The translations under genes were made by a program, and so were the position numbers. From the human T2T-CHM13v2.0 reference genome, Homo sapiens: a stretch of 64,000 bases of DNA. Where the stretch lies: the NCBI RefSeq assembly GCF_009914755.1, contig NC_060926.1; one strand, given 5' to 3'. Shown here one piece after another: positions 45,030-59,619 of the stretch (the first letter of the stretch is position 1; each line of letters opens with the position of its first letter). The notes beneath the pieces were generated by a model, which ran no database searches, was not told the DNA's origin, and saw nothing but the letters and a program-made list of their open reading frames with translations.

Positions 45030-46230
45030 ATTTTCTTTTTCATTATGAATATATTCAAAGTGGAAAAAAGTAGAAAGAATGGTACAATATTTTCACAACC
45101 CAGATTTGATTTAATAATTGCTGGCATTTTGGCATGCTTTCTTTATGTACATGGAGTATTTTTCCTGAACTATCTTAAAATAAGTTACGGACATCATGAC
45201 ATCTGCAAAAAGTAAGGGCATTATCTTACATATCCATAATTTCATTATTCTATCTTAAAAAAAATTGACAATAATTCCCTGAATGTTTAATATGGGCTCA
45301 GAGGCCAGAGCACCAGAATTATTGTCTCTGTCAGCTCTAGCACACCAGAGGTCCAAAATGTCAGCAGGGAGTTCAGCATTGAAAATCTCTTGAAAGCTAG
45401 TTTGACAATGCGGCTCCCCCAAGTGATTTTAAGTTTTGGAGAGCAGCAGCAGACCCTGGAGGGACCCAGAATTAGCAACCCCAGTAGACAGAATTACCTG
45501 AGGCAATATCAGTGGCAGCTGGCAGCTTCAGGGTGTTCTGAAACAGGGTTTCAAGGGGGCATTTATTTTCTTTTGGCTATTAGCTTATTATTTAACCACT
45601 TAACAAGCATTAACGAGTAGGTCAAGACTTATCCCAGGTGCTGTGGGGGCATAAAGATGAAAAAGGTATTCCCTGTCCTCCAGGAGCTTGTAGCCTAATA
45701 TCAGGTACAGGTAAGGGTTTTGCATGTGCTTTATGCACTTTTCTATTCAGTTACAGACATCATGACATTTTGGCCATCTGCAAAAACTAAGGACATTCTC
45801 TTATATCTCTATAATTTCATTATTCTATCTTTAAAAATTGACAATAATTCCCTGAATATTTAATGCCAGGCCATATTCAGGCTTCCTCAACTATCTCCAA
45901 AATATCTTTTAGAAATGGCTTAGTTTATTCAAATAAGAATTCAATCAAGAACCATGCATTTCACTTGGTCATTAATCCTCTAAAGTCTCTTTTAATCTAG
46001 AATATTACTTTTGAAGAGACAAAGTTATCTGTCTTGTAAAATAATCCATATGCTAGATGTGCATGCTTGTTTCCTTATAGTGCCATTTAACTGGTTCCTC
46101 CAGTATTTCCTGTAAACTAGAAGCTGAATTTAAAGGCTTATTTAGATTCCAGGATAAATATGTTTGGCAAGAATACTGTGTAGTTCTGTATCTGTGTACT
46201 TTACATTGCATCACATCAGGAGGCTCGCTG
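45030..46230 (-). mobile_element. Old L1 (L1MC-like) fragment interrupted by a templated duplication
   Basis: GACATCATGAC...AAGGACATTCTCTTA...CATCACATCAGGAGGC. Confidence 0.6.
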
Positions 46231-46922
46231 TGTTCAATTGTCTTTGTCTTTTAGTGGGGGTTGGGGAGGGAGGCAGCAAAGCAAAAATAATACCTGCCAG
46301 GCTGGATGAGGCAAAATAGTCTAAGACAGGGTCACAGTGGAACCAAAAGTGTAGTAGAGAGATGTGTTAACCAGCCCCCTAAGATGTTGTCTGCCTCTGA
46401 GCCCTTGGCTTTGGGCTGAATCCCTCACCTGAGAGGACAGATGCTCCTCTTGATGGTATTTATGAAGGGAAGCAAAGTGCCCACCCACTCTGATTCTGAC
46501 TGGGATCTGAGAACAAGACCCTCCTATACCCCAGGGCAAGCTCCCAGCACAGCCTCTGCACAGGTCTCTCCTGCTCAGTTCCGGGTAAGGACTGCTCTGA
46601 TTTCCTAATAAGAAAAACAACACAATACAGCAACACTTATTTCATGGGCCCTACAGAGCTACAAGAACTTAGAGTCTGGTGCACTCAATATGGGCACAGA
46701 CTAGAGCACCAGAATTATCGTCTCTGTCTCAGCTCTAGCACACCAGAGGTCCAAAATGTCATCAGGGAGTTCGGCATTGACAATCTCTGGAAAGCCAGTG
46801 TGACCGTGTGTTCAGGGGAGCAGCGGCAGACACTTGAGGGACTCAGAATTAGCAGCCCCAGTAGACAGAATTCTCTGAGGCAGTATCAGTGGCAATTGGC
46901 AGCTTAAGGGTGTTCTGAAACA
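45183..46922 (+). repeat. Nested direct duplications A-B'-C-A'...B
   Basis: 45289-45545 matches 46687-46922, and 45183-45291 matches 45749-45864. Confidence 0.9.
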
Positions 46923-46924
46923 AG

Positions 46925-47155
46925 TTCATTCTCAAACTTGGCACGACTGATATTTTGGGTTGGATAATTCTGCATTTTGGGGGGCTTTCATCTGTAATGT
47001 AGGATGTTTAGGGATATTCCTAGCCTCTACCTACTAGATGCCAGTTGTAGCCCCACATCAGTTGTGACAACTAATGGTGTCTCCAGACATAGGTAAATGT
47101 CACCAGGTTGGTGGGGAGGGGCTTGTGTCAACATTGCCCCATTTGAGAATCTTTG
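46925..47155. mobile_element. MER20
   Basis: GGATAATTCT...CTACTAGATGCCAG...GTTGTGACAAC...TGTCTCCAGACAT...TTGAGAA. Confidence 0.75.
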
Positions 47156-47445
47156 GTCTGGGGGAAAGGTCAATTTGGTGACAGTAGGGTTTTCCATTAA
47201 GAGACTAATACTGGGCTCAATGTAGGAATCTTTTACATACATTAATTCATTTCAGCTGGATAGCAACTCTGTGGGGTGGGAACATTTTCTTGATTTTTGC
47301 AGCTGAGGAAAGTTCTCTGCAAGGTTCTATGATGTTGCTAACGTTCATATCTGGGCCGATCCCACTTTGAAGCTGATCCTGTTCATGTACCAAGCTGCCT
47401 CTTTCTGACAGCACAATGTCAGCATCCCAGGCCTGGCTGCAATAG

Positions 47446-47679
<234 letters not shown>

Positions 47680-48573
47680 TGAAGGAGCATCATCTCAGGG
47701 CCAGGAGCAGCTTCTGGGTTCACGGCATTGATCTGGTTGGAGTTCCCAAAGGGCAATGGGAAGTTCCACTGGTGCTCTTCATGGGGCCACTTGAATGAAG
47801 ACTCGAAGAAGAGATAGCCAGGAGAGTAGCTTTGGAGCTAGGGGTACATGGAACATGTTAAAGACTTTGAAGTGAAAGTGGTGGGCTCCTGAGAAATAAC
47901 AATGAGAGGATTATCCCTAAATTCTTTATATACAAGATCCTAGCCTCCAAAGACATCTGAGATCATTCAAGACTTGCAGCATGAGAACAGTGCCTGGACA
48001 AACCATACTTTACTGGAACAGCTATAGGGTTGAGAGAAGCTCCCTCTGGGACCCCCGCAGAGAGGAAGGGCTGGTTTTTGGGAAGGGGAGGGCCTAATGC
48101 ATGGGGCCTCAAGGAGCTGGAGAAGTACTCCTCAGCAGAACAATTGGATACACTGGGGCAAACACATATCTGAAATGAAGCATTTCTCAAACTATTCCAG
48201 CAGATCTTCCTCTTCTTTGAACTTGTTACTTTTATTGTCAATCCTATGCAGCTTCAGCACTTAATTATTCTCCATTTGATAGAATCAGAAGTTTCAAGGT
48301 GACAATTGTTTCAGGTATATCAGTCTTGTCTCCCCAACTAGACTGTTAACTCCTGTTTCTGGGCAGGAACCAAAGCCTGTTTCTTTACAGTCCCTCAGCA
48401 CAGAAATAGAGGAAGCTGAGTGCATAAAGGTGTTCAGTAAATTGTTAATTAATTTAAAAAGAAAAATTACAAAAATAATAATCAAGGATAGGATCATAAA
48501 TTGATATTACACCTGTATAACTATAAAACAATTGAAAGACATGATAAATAGCAAAGCCTCAAGAAAGCTATTA

Positions 48574-48915
<342 letters not shown>

Positions 48916-50247
48916 AGAAATACATTAAATTTTTTTTTCTAGAACTACCCACGCCACTCATTCAATGGAATGTCATTTACTGAATAAATATGTATCGCCA
49001 TCAACCATGTACCAGGCCACTTTCTTGAAGTTGGGAATATAGAAATGAATAAAGCAGACAGAAGTCTCTGCCTTCATGCAACTGTTAAAATTGCATGAAA
49101 ACTATTTCTATTGTATTTCCCTGGATCCTATGACTACACAAATTTAAAGACAGATGTAGGTTTTAAACAAAGGTTCAGCATTGTACAATAGAAATATAAT
49201 GTGAGCCACATTGTGATTTAAAATTTTCTAGTAGCTAGTTTTAAAAAGTAAAAAGAAACAGGTGAAATTAATTTTAATGTTTTACTTTATATATTTTTGT
49301 CATGACTCACTGCAAGGTTTCCACTTCTCTTCACCTTGAAATAAGGGACAAAAGTAGAAATAGAGTTATCACTTCCACAGTGCCCTGAGGCCAATCTCCT
49401 TCAAAATAAAGGAGACTTTTCTCCTGAGAGACAAGTTGCTCAGAAAGGTCATGTTTTCTCCAGGTGATCAGGCTGAATTTCACAACATAGCAGGTTGATA
49501 GTGGAACCATTATAGCACATAATGAGCCCTTCAAAGCTTTGCTCAGAGCCAAAAGAGAGGCTTGAAGACTAGAATAAAGAAGAAGGTTGGGCTGCAGCTC
49601 CCTTCAGGAGAACACTCCATCTATATTGCTCCATATGTGGTAAGCCCATGAGTGGGTACAGGTTCAGTCCTTGGGGCTGTGAAGTGCAAGATCAAGGTGC
49701 CAAGAGATTTGGTTGTTTGGTGCGTGCTGTTCTCTGCTTCCAAGATGGCACCTTGTTGTCAAATCCTCCAAAGGGGGTGGAACGCTGGTCCTCATGTAGC
49801 AAAAGAATATGTCTAGATAAATCTAGGAAATTAGTTTGAGGTCTTTGATTTAAATGTTACGTATTCAGGTCAATTACCACTACCAGAAGCCCATCCTTCA
49901 AAAGTTTTTCGTTGGAAAGTTCTATAAAATTTGTTAGAACTTTATATACAGAATTTGAGCCTTTAAAAAATTTGCTGAAAAAGTTTCAGCACCTTTAGAA
50001 ATAATGTAGTCAAACAGCAGTTTCTTCCCTACCTCTCCAATTTTATGGATAAAATTAATACTGTCTTAACAGGTTAAGACATATTAAATATTGAAATATT
50101 CAATATTTTCCCTGATACATTGAATATGTCCATAAAGTTCTAGATATCCAGTACTCCAGGAAGTACTATAACACCAAATTGTAATTTTTATTATTTATGC
50201 AATAAATTTGATAAGCAAATCCAAGAAAGATCAGTGGGAATGATTAA

Positions 50248-51224
<977 letters not shown>

Positions 51225-52381
51225 TCAAGAGAGGTTGAGTAACTTATACAAAATCATAGTGACAACAGAACTGGTCATAGACCCAGGTTCTACGCATATT
51301 GCTTTTCCAGAACACCAACACATTGCTGAGGTTTTGTTCTTGCTTGTCTGTTAATTTCTTACACAATATAAAATGAATTAAACTGTTTTCACTTTTTATT
51401 CTTTCCATCTTTTTTTCCCCTCTTAATTATCATTCACTGCTGGTTGGTAAGGAGGTGGTAAAATTAGTGCACTCATATATTGCTGGTGGCATTCTAAATT
51501 AGCAGTCTCTTGGAAAATAATATGAGATGATAAATTACCAATAAAACATTCATTGCCTTTTCGCTTAGTAACTTTTATACTGAGAAAAAAAATTCTAAAA
51601 TTGAACAAAGCCACACACACAAAATGTTCATCTAAGTATTATTTTATAATACTGAAAACTATCCATATAGTGGTCATTCCATTGACTACTAAGCAGCCAA
51701 TTAAAATTAAGGTTTTACATTAAACGATGGGTGGAAATGCTTACAACACAAAAGGGACACAAAATCTACTTAAATTATGATTACAAGTTTGTAAAAAGTA
51801 CGCACAGGAAAAAAAAACTAGAAGTAAATACAACAAATGTTAACTGGTAATTTTTTTCTTCTTCTTTTCTTGATGCCAAATCTTAGGTAATGCAGTTATG
51901 GCCATAATTTTTAAAAGGTAAATAAAAACAATACTATCATTGACTCCAAATGAAATGGACTTTATATTTCCCACAGATTTATCACCTTAAAAACACTCAA
52001 ATACTTTCCCTTTGTAATAAAATGTCATGAGCATTAGGGCACTGTCTTCGGAATTACATGTAAGATTACCAATTACAAGTTAGTTGGCCAAATAGGTACT
52101 CAATTTCCCTATTACAAAATTGTAAGCTGATGGGGGGTGTGCAATTTAATTTAATTTTTTTTTAGACAGGGTTTCACTCTGTCGCGCAGGCTGGAGTGCA
52201 GTTTAAATTCATTTAGTTTAAACATGTTCTTAGTGTAGGGTCTGCTTTAAGGTCTAGTCATATGTTCTTATTTTGATATTTCTGTTTAGTAGAGCTGTAA
52301 AATGAAAACAAGCATGTGTTCGTTTAAAATCAATTTCTAGTTTCTACACACACACAAATTCAAGCTTGCACACGAGCTAAA

Positions 52382-52395
52382 CCAGCAGGGGGCGA
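52382..52395 (+). promoter_or_regulatory. CTCF-type motif ~1.35 kb upstream of the TSS
   Basis: CCAGCAGGGGGCGA matches the CTCF core CCASYAGRKGGCR. Confidence 0.65.
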
Positions 52396-53598
52396 AATAC
52401 AATAGGCATAAATTTGACAAGCCATATAGATTTTTCTTACTTTAGTGACTGAGCAATAACACAAAATCCAGCATAACCACAAAGCAATTGATACTCCCAT
52501 TTAAAGTGATGCAGTCTCCGTATATCTTACAGCGATTGAATAGTAAAGAGACAAATGCGGGTCCATTGGAGCGCTCCGAGTTAATTTGTCTAGAACATTG
52601 CAGAGGCGGGATAAATCGTGATGAACTGCTATTGTCCTTATCTTTCTCCTGATTTGTATAATTCCTCCACCCAAAGGGGTGGACACTTCTCTGTGCCTGA
52701 GGGGATGTTTTCCATTCTTGTTTCTTTGCGTAACTGCTGAGCTTTGCTGTTTTGGAACTATTTTAAATTATTCAAATTACTGATGCAGACGTTTGGCAAA
52801 TATGGGCAGAATGAGGGGCCGGCGGGGGTCATGATTTGTAGGACCCCGGGCTCATCATCCGAGACAGTAATCATAATCCTGTAGCCTTGTAGTCTGATTG
52901 TTACACTGGCAGGTGTTCTAACAGATATTCATTGTAAAGGAGGAGGAAAGGTAATATTTTTATTACCTTTATATAAATAACAGTTGATTATATAAATAAT
53001 CAACTGTTCAGGACTGATGATGGAAACAAAATCGGTTACGACCTCTGTTCCAGAAATGCGTTTGAATGCATAAGTTTATGGTGATCTCTTTAGCTTCACT
53101 AGATATTCTCCGTAAGGGTCTATGAAAAACGACCACCTTCTCCATCCATTAGCCAAATTCCGGACTACTATTTTCTTGTCGGTCTCGAAGACGATTTGTC
53201 AGTTTGGCGGCTGCTTTCCCACCTTAAATTCTATTTATCGCAACCTCTTGTTATTTGTTAAATATCAGCTTCTTCCTCTGTCGGCATAAATTTAAAAAGA
53301 GGAAGAGACAGGCTGTGAATGAAAAAGTCGTTTTTCGGGGCGAAAAGGGCAAGCTGACGAATGCTCTCTAGTAGGTTTTTGGTAAAAATGTGGTTCTATA
53401 TTTCCAAACCTTTACAATTTTATTTGGAGAGCAAGAGACTTAATCCGGTCTTGAGCTGAACGTTAACCGGCTGAAAGGAGCACCTGTCCTTCGCCAGGAG
53501 CGCAGCCTCAACCGGCGCCTGAGTGCGGGAAGACGTCTATCCCCCTACAGCTCTATGACTCGCAAGGAAGTAAAAGGAAAGGGCAGCTTGCCCGCACC

Positions 53599-53609
53599 CA
53601 AAATGGCGG
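53599..53609 (+). promoter_or_regulatory. YY1 motif
   Basis: CAAAATGGCGG matches the YY1 consensus inside the CpG island. Confidence 0.7.
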
Positions 53610-53627
53610 TCGGCGCTCTGCACGACA

Positions 53628-53638
53628 GCGCCTGCGCA
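53628..53638. promoter_or_regulatory. NRF1 motif
   Basis: GCGCCTGCGCA matches the NRF1 GCGCnTGCGC consensus. Confidence 0.7.
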
Positions 53639-53731
53639 GGGATAAGCGTTCTGTGACACCAATTCCCCTGGAGTGTCCTCCCCCACCCCACAGCACCCAC
53701 CAGCGCCCGGTCCCGACCTAGCCACCTGCGC

Positions 53732-53744
53732 CCGGAAGTGACGT
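53732..53744 (+). promoter_or_regulatory. Overlapping ETS (GABPA-type)/CRE composite motif near the likely TSS
   Basis: CCGGAAGTGACGT, the known ETS-CRE overlap found in housekeeping promoters. Confidence 0.72.
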
Positions 53745-53770
53745 GTCGGCGGCAGCGGTTCCCCCGCTGC

Positions 53771-53974
53771 ATGATGGGAGAGTGTGTGGAGTGGGCGGGG
53801 GGTCTCCGCGGAGGAGGTGGAGGAGGCGGCGGCGGCGGCGGAAGAGGGCGGAGGGTAGTGGGATGGGGGTCCCGCGGCAGCGGTGAAACTCCGGGTGGGC
53901 GTCCATGGTGCTGCTGCGCTGACAGGGCTGTGAGCAGCCGGCCTTCCGCTCTCACCAGTTCCGCGTCGGAATAG
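53771..53974 (+). CDS. Candidate uORF, 67 aa, with a Gly11 tract (MMGECVEWAGGLRGGGGGGGGGGGRGRR...)
   Basis: ATGATGG start; the second ATG has A at -3 and G at +4. Open to TAG at 53972-53974. Translation is not demonstrated. Confidence 0.4.
   Translation: MMGECVEWAGGLRGGGGGGGGGGGRGRRVVGWGSRGSGETPGGRPWCCCADRAVSSRPSALTSSASE
53810..53842 (+). repeat. GGA/GGT/GGC trinucleotide repeat, 11 units including (GGC)5
   Basis: GGAGGAGGTGGAGGAGGCGGCGGCGGCGGCGGA read directly. Confidence 0.9.
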
Positions 53975-54019
53975 ACGGTCCTTCCCCGGGGAGTCAGTTC
54001 CTCCCCGGGCCCCTGAGCC

Positions 54020-54050
54020 ATGCCCATCGCAGCCGCCCCGAAGGAGCCAG
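54020..54050 (+). CDS. AUG-initiated frame MPIAAAPKEP running into the exon 1 donor (spliced uORF, or alternative N-terminus)
   Basis: GAGCCATGC start, then 10 codons plus 1 nt before the GT. The frame closes in both candidate downstream exons. Confidence 0.4.
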
Positions 54051-56726
54051 GTAAGCGCCGCCGCTCCGCTCCCCTAGCTGCGCCGGGGAAAGAGGGTGCG
54101 GGGACCAGGCCCGGCCCAGCAGCCAGACCCTCACCCGGGCCGGGAGCATCTGCCCGCCGCGGAGCCGGGAGCTGTGAGGACGGAGCTGGCTCTGCGGGCC
54201 TGCGGGCTCCCGGCTCTGCTCTCTTCTGCGGCGAGTGCGGGAACGCCGCTGGTGGCGCCCGAAGCGCACGGCCCCCTCCTCGCCATCCCGGGCACCGGCC
54301 GGGTAAGTGGGAGTCCTTCCCTCCCCGGCCACCGCCGGCTCTCCCTGCCCCTTTGCTTCCACCTCCCAAAGCTCCGCGCTGGCTGCGTTCTCCAGGGAGC
54401 TGTTCAGAAGTTTGGGGCTTTGCTTGGGCTTCTTCGCTCTCCTTCCCCCTCCCTCGTGACAGGTGTAAACACTGCCTCCTTCACCGAGGCCCGAGGCTGG
54501 CCGCGACCTGAGTGTGCTGCTTCCAAGGGTCTCTGAAGCAAGCGAATTTGGAATCCTCCAACAGGCAGAGGGGACAGCCCCAAAGCTCACGCATCCCTTC
54601 CTCAGAGTACCTTTTCTGCTGTCTTCTTGCACTCTTCAAGAAATTATCTGCGTCTCCTCTCCAGTTTGCGTTTGAAAAGTTGGACCATATTCCTTAAGTG
54701 CCTGGTTTGGCAGGTGCTGCGTCTTGCTTGGGGCAGAGGCAGAGTATGGAGTGAGGGGTGGTAGGGTCCTTGCTCTATTAGGAAAGTAATGGGGATAGCA
54801 AGGTTTTTTTTTCCTTGTTGCTTTGTGCAAGTTATAGCTTGGTTATACTGAATCTTTTCTGTTGGGGCCGAGGGAAGAACTGACTCATACATGTAAATTT
54901 TTTACTGGGCGGGGGGATGAAACAAAAGTAATGGTTCCGTTTCAAAGTTCTCACTTTAGGAGAAGTAAAGTAGAACTTTGGTTTTCAACTTTTCCTACAG
55001 TGTAAGTCTTCCTTCCACCTCCTATTCCGAGGATTTTATTTGGTGGAGGGGAGACACAGAGTTTATCTTTGATGCTACACTTAATTGTTGCTTTCAGTTA
55101 ACCTCTTAGACATTAAAATATATGCTAAACTCTAGGGACAACAAATGTTTCAACATTATTATGTTAATATAATTAACACAGTCACGTACATTTTATATGC
55201 TTTACCAGTTTAAATGTTGGCTTTTTTAGTAGTCATTTTTAACACTTCGCAGAGGTATATTTGTTTAAACAAAGTATCTGTGGTAGTCTCCTAAATTTTG
55301 TTCATAAAGATATTTCACATGGATTAAAAGACAGATCTTGTGTAAAACATCTAGCCCAGTAAATGGCACCTAGCAGATATTCATTAGCTCTAGTTGTTCC
55401 TCCGTGGATTAAATTAGATATATCAGTTGATCTTCAAAGTACACATATATTTTTAAATCTTCAAAAACCTCTGGAAAAAAATCCACTACAATTCACATAA
55501 TATGTAGGGCATTTAAGTTTTAATGTTTGCTGATCTTTTGACCTAGAGACTGTTAAAAAATAATCCCGTATCACAACAAGGATAATATGTCCTTAATAGC
55601 CTTGATACATCTTGCCGAATCCAGTTTTCGTTATGAAAATTGTATAGTGTGGGTGAATCATATCATAAAACATCATTTTACATTTTCATTTGTTCTGCTT
55701 ACATTTAGTGAAAAACTAGTTCAGAAATGTAGTGACATTTGAGTACCAAATAATGTTTTATTTTGTGTGAAATCTAAAGTGCTTTCCTCAGCAGGCAAAG
55801 TCTTTGAATAGCTTCTCATTAAGGGATTGCCCCTTCTCTCCCAACCCTTCCCCCAAATCTCATAAAAGGAGGCCGCTAAGTATTTAGATATTTTTTAATC
55901 ATCATAAATTATTTAAATAAAATGTTTATATTCTAATTTAATGTTACCTACACTTTGTAGATTAAAAAATAAAGGTTTTTCCCTCTATTCTTAGCACTTT
56001 CAATTCCTTTTTAAGTAGAATAGTGAACCTTTCTAGCCGGAACTTTATAAGTATTTTTAGTTTTTACACTATTTTGAAAATCTGGCATTGTATGGATTTT
56101 ACATATCTCATTTTGCTAATCATTTTCTCAGTTTGTGCATATATCAGATATAGTCACAAGTTCTTTTGCAGCTTTATATGATAATTGCTAACACATGAGC
56201 AGTATATATGTTGCTCATATATATTGCTTCCTATGAGCAAGATAGTTTTCTAAATGCTTTATATACAGTGTACTAACTCAATCCACACAACAACCTGTAA
56301 GGCAGTAAGTAGTAGTATCCCTCATTTTTCAGAGAGGAAACTGAGGCACACAGATACTAAGTAACTTGCCTTAGGTCAAACAGCTGTTAAGTGACAGATC
56401 CGTTTGCTAGACCATTTATATAGTCTCATGCAAAACTATACTATGTATTGTCTGTGATTTGTGCAATATGTAGCAAAAGTATAACAACATGCATGGGAAT
56501 GATAAACACCAAGTCAGACTAAAAGTGACCTTTGGAGAACTTGAGAGGGATGAAGGATCTAGGAGGGGCCCATGGGTTTACAAACATATCTTTATATCCT
56601 TAAAAAAAATCCGAAGTTGACTTGTTAAGAGATTAAGATTTAACACACCTGGGTGATGGTTACTGGCTCATTCATTATGGCTTTTTTCTCCCTAAGGTTT
56701 GCATGAAGTTCTTCACAATGAAATTA

Positions 56727-57031
<305 letters not shown>

Positions 57032-57699
57032 GAAATTAAAAGTTTAGGTATTTAACTTTAAAACATATATAAAGTATCACTCTTCTTTCAGCATTGTATA
57101 TTTAAAAAAAGGACAGGAAAGGAGTTAGTATTATTTTGTGTTGACTTTCTTTTAAAATACAAGGAGCTTCTAAGTTAAAAAAATGTTTTTAATTAAGAAT
57201 TGTTTGCCTCTCCAGATTCCTCTGCATTAACTTCCCTTGCCTGGACTCTTCCCTATTGCTGGCAACCATTTAACAGCCCTTTGTCACACTCCTAGTGTCT
57301 ATTTCTGGCCTTTCCCTTCTAGGGTAGGGGCTCATAGGTCTGTGGATTAGACCTATTCCCAAGAAAAGGGAAAAGGTCAGAACTAAGTGGGGAGGAAGAA
57401 AGGAGGTGGGGAATCACTGCTTATTGATTTGGGATAATTGAGAAGAAGAGGGAAATAATGATTTAAGACTCCATCCTATGGTTGTCAGTCACTGTCACCC
57501 TTGTTCCAAATAGCTAACTTGAAGATAAACCTTGCAAAGATAGATTGCTAATTAATTAAAGGTTAATTTACTAGCACTGTATTTGTGAATAATTCCCATC
57601 GGAAAATTACACAGTAAATGAGAATTAATTTACTGTAGGTTCTATTTATGTAAATATTTACAGTATACCATAAACCATTTCAATTAAATATCTACTGAC

Positions 57700-58510
57700 A
57701 CCATGCATGTTATCTTCTTCCTTTCATTCATAAAACAAGTATCTATTGAGCACCTGCTATTTGTCCGGCCCTGTTCTAGGTGCTGGGGATACTGAAATGA
57801 GCAAACAAGAAAAAAAATCTGCCCTCCTACAGCTTCAGTTTCTTTATGTATATATGTATGTACTCACACATTTGTGTACATATTTGGGACAAATAAGCAA
57901 ATAGCAATAAAATAAGCAATAGCAATAATGGCAGATGATGTTAAGTATCATCAGAAAAATGGAATCAGTTTTGGGGGATAGGGAGTGGTGAATTTTTTGC
58001 TTTGAGCCAGTAGTAAGGGAGGTTGGTGGGGCTTGCTGTTTTATATAGAGTGGAGTCAGAGAAGGCTTAAACCTGAAGAAGGGGAAGCAAATAAGAAGAG
58101 TGGTAGAGACAGAAGTATGCCTGGAATAGTCAAGAAATTGTGGCAGAGAAGTCTGGGGTGGATAGAATAGGGTGAACAAGTAGAAGAGTAGTACAAATTG
58201 TGATCAGAGTTAGAGGGTGAGAGGGGCAGTGTTTTAGGGTCCTTACAGAAATTCTAATGACTTAGGCTTTTTACTGTGGGAGATGGTAAGTCATTGCAGG
58301 ATTTTTGAGTAAAGGTGTAAGATAATTTATGTTGTAAAAGGATCTGTCTAGCTGTTATATAGAAAATAGACTATAGGAGTGGAATGTAAGAATAGAAGCA
58401 GAGTCAGGAGAGAATTGTGCTGGTAGAGTTAAGAAGAGATGGTAGTGGCATGAACCAAGATGGTAGCAGTAGAGATGAGAAGTGGTAGGACAGTTTCTTG
58501 AATTGGAATC
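57700..58510 (-). mobile_element. L2 3' fragment
   Basis: TTCATTCAT...TATTGAGCACCTGCTA...CTAGGTGCTGGGGATAC followed by purine-rich L2 body. Similar L2 pieces at ~16.1-16.5, 20.4-20.7, 22.1-22.6, 43.2-43.5 and 61.5-62.3 kb. Confidence 0.65.
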
Positions 58511-59004
58511 TGCAATAATTCCCTCATTTTTAAACTCAGAAAGCTTACAGAGGCACTCCCTTCTGAAAATTCAAGGCCCTTGCAACCTATGTTTCCAGCT
58601 TACTGCCTGTACCCTTCATATATCCTGTGTTCTAACCATATTTTATTATGTGTCTTACTGTTCCTTGATAGGGGCCCCATGCTTTATCTTTAATGACTAC
58701 CATTTCCTCTGTCAATTAAATCCTTCCTATTTCAAATTTTCTCCTTTTTGAAGTTTTTTTTTTTTCACCATTCCTTCTCTTCCCAATCAAGTGTGATCTT
58801 TTTCTTAGAATCTTGGTAGCCACATTTTACTTCAGTGATGTTTATATTCTATCTTGCATTATTTTTGCTGTTCTCTTGTATTATTCTCCTTAATTAGCTG
58901 TAAGTTTCTTTAAGGTTGTGACTCCTTTTACTCAGTTCTACCACAGTTTTGTATGTAATAGATGCTCAGTAAATAGTGGGTGTATACATATTTAAATTTT
59001 TTAA

Positions 59005-59619
<615 letters not shown>

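Larger units (their letters stand above)
53740..54050 (+). other. First exon (5' leader) of an unidentified gene; start is approximate
   Basis: Follows the promoter motifs, contains a GGA/GGC repeat, and ends at a strong donor CAG|GTAAGC (54050/54051). A second donor CGG|GTAAGT lies at 54302/54303. Confidence 0.75.
53440..54520. promoter_or_regulatory. CpG-island promoter of a + strand gene
   Basis: Very high GC and CpG density against a CpG-depleted background. Contains YY1, NRF1 and ETS-CRE motifs, followed by a splice donor. Confidence 0.93.

Noticed and set aside
53545-54632. 274-aa and 212-aa - strand ORFs and the 163-aa unspliced + strand ORF
   Set aside because: Low-complexity Gly/Pro/Arg/Ala translations typical of CpG islands. 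The + strand ORF reads through a strong splice donor.
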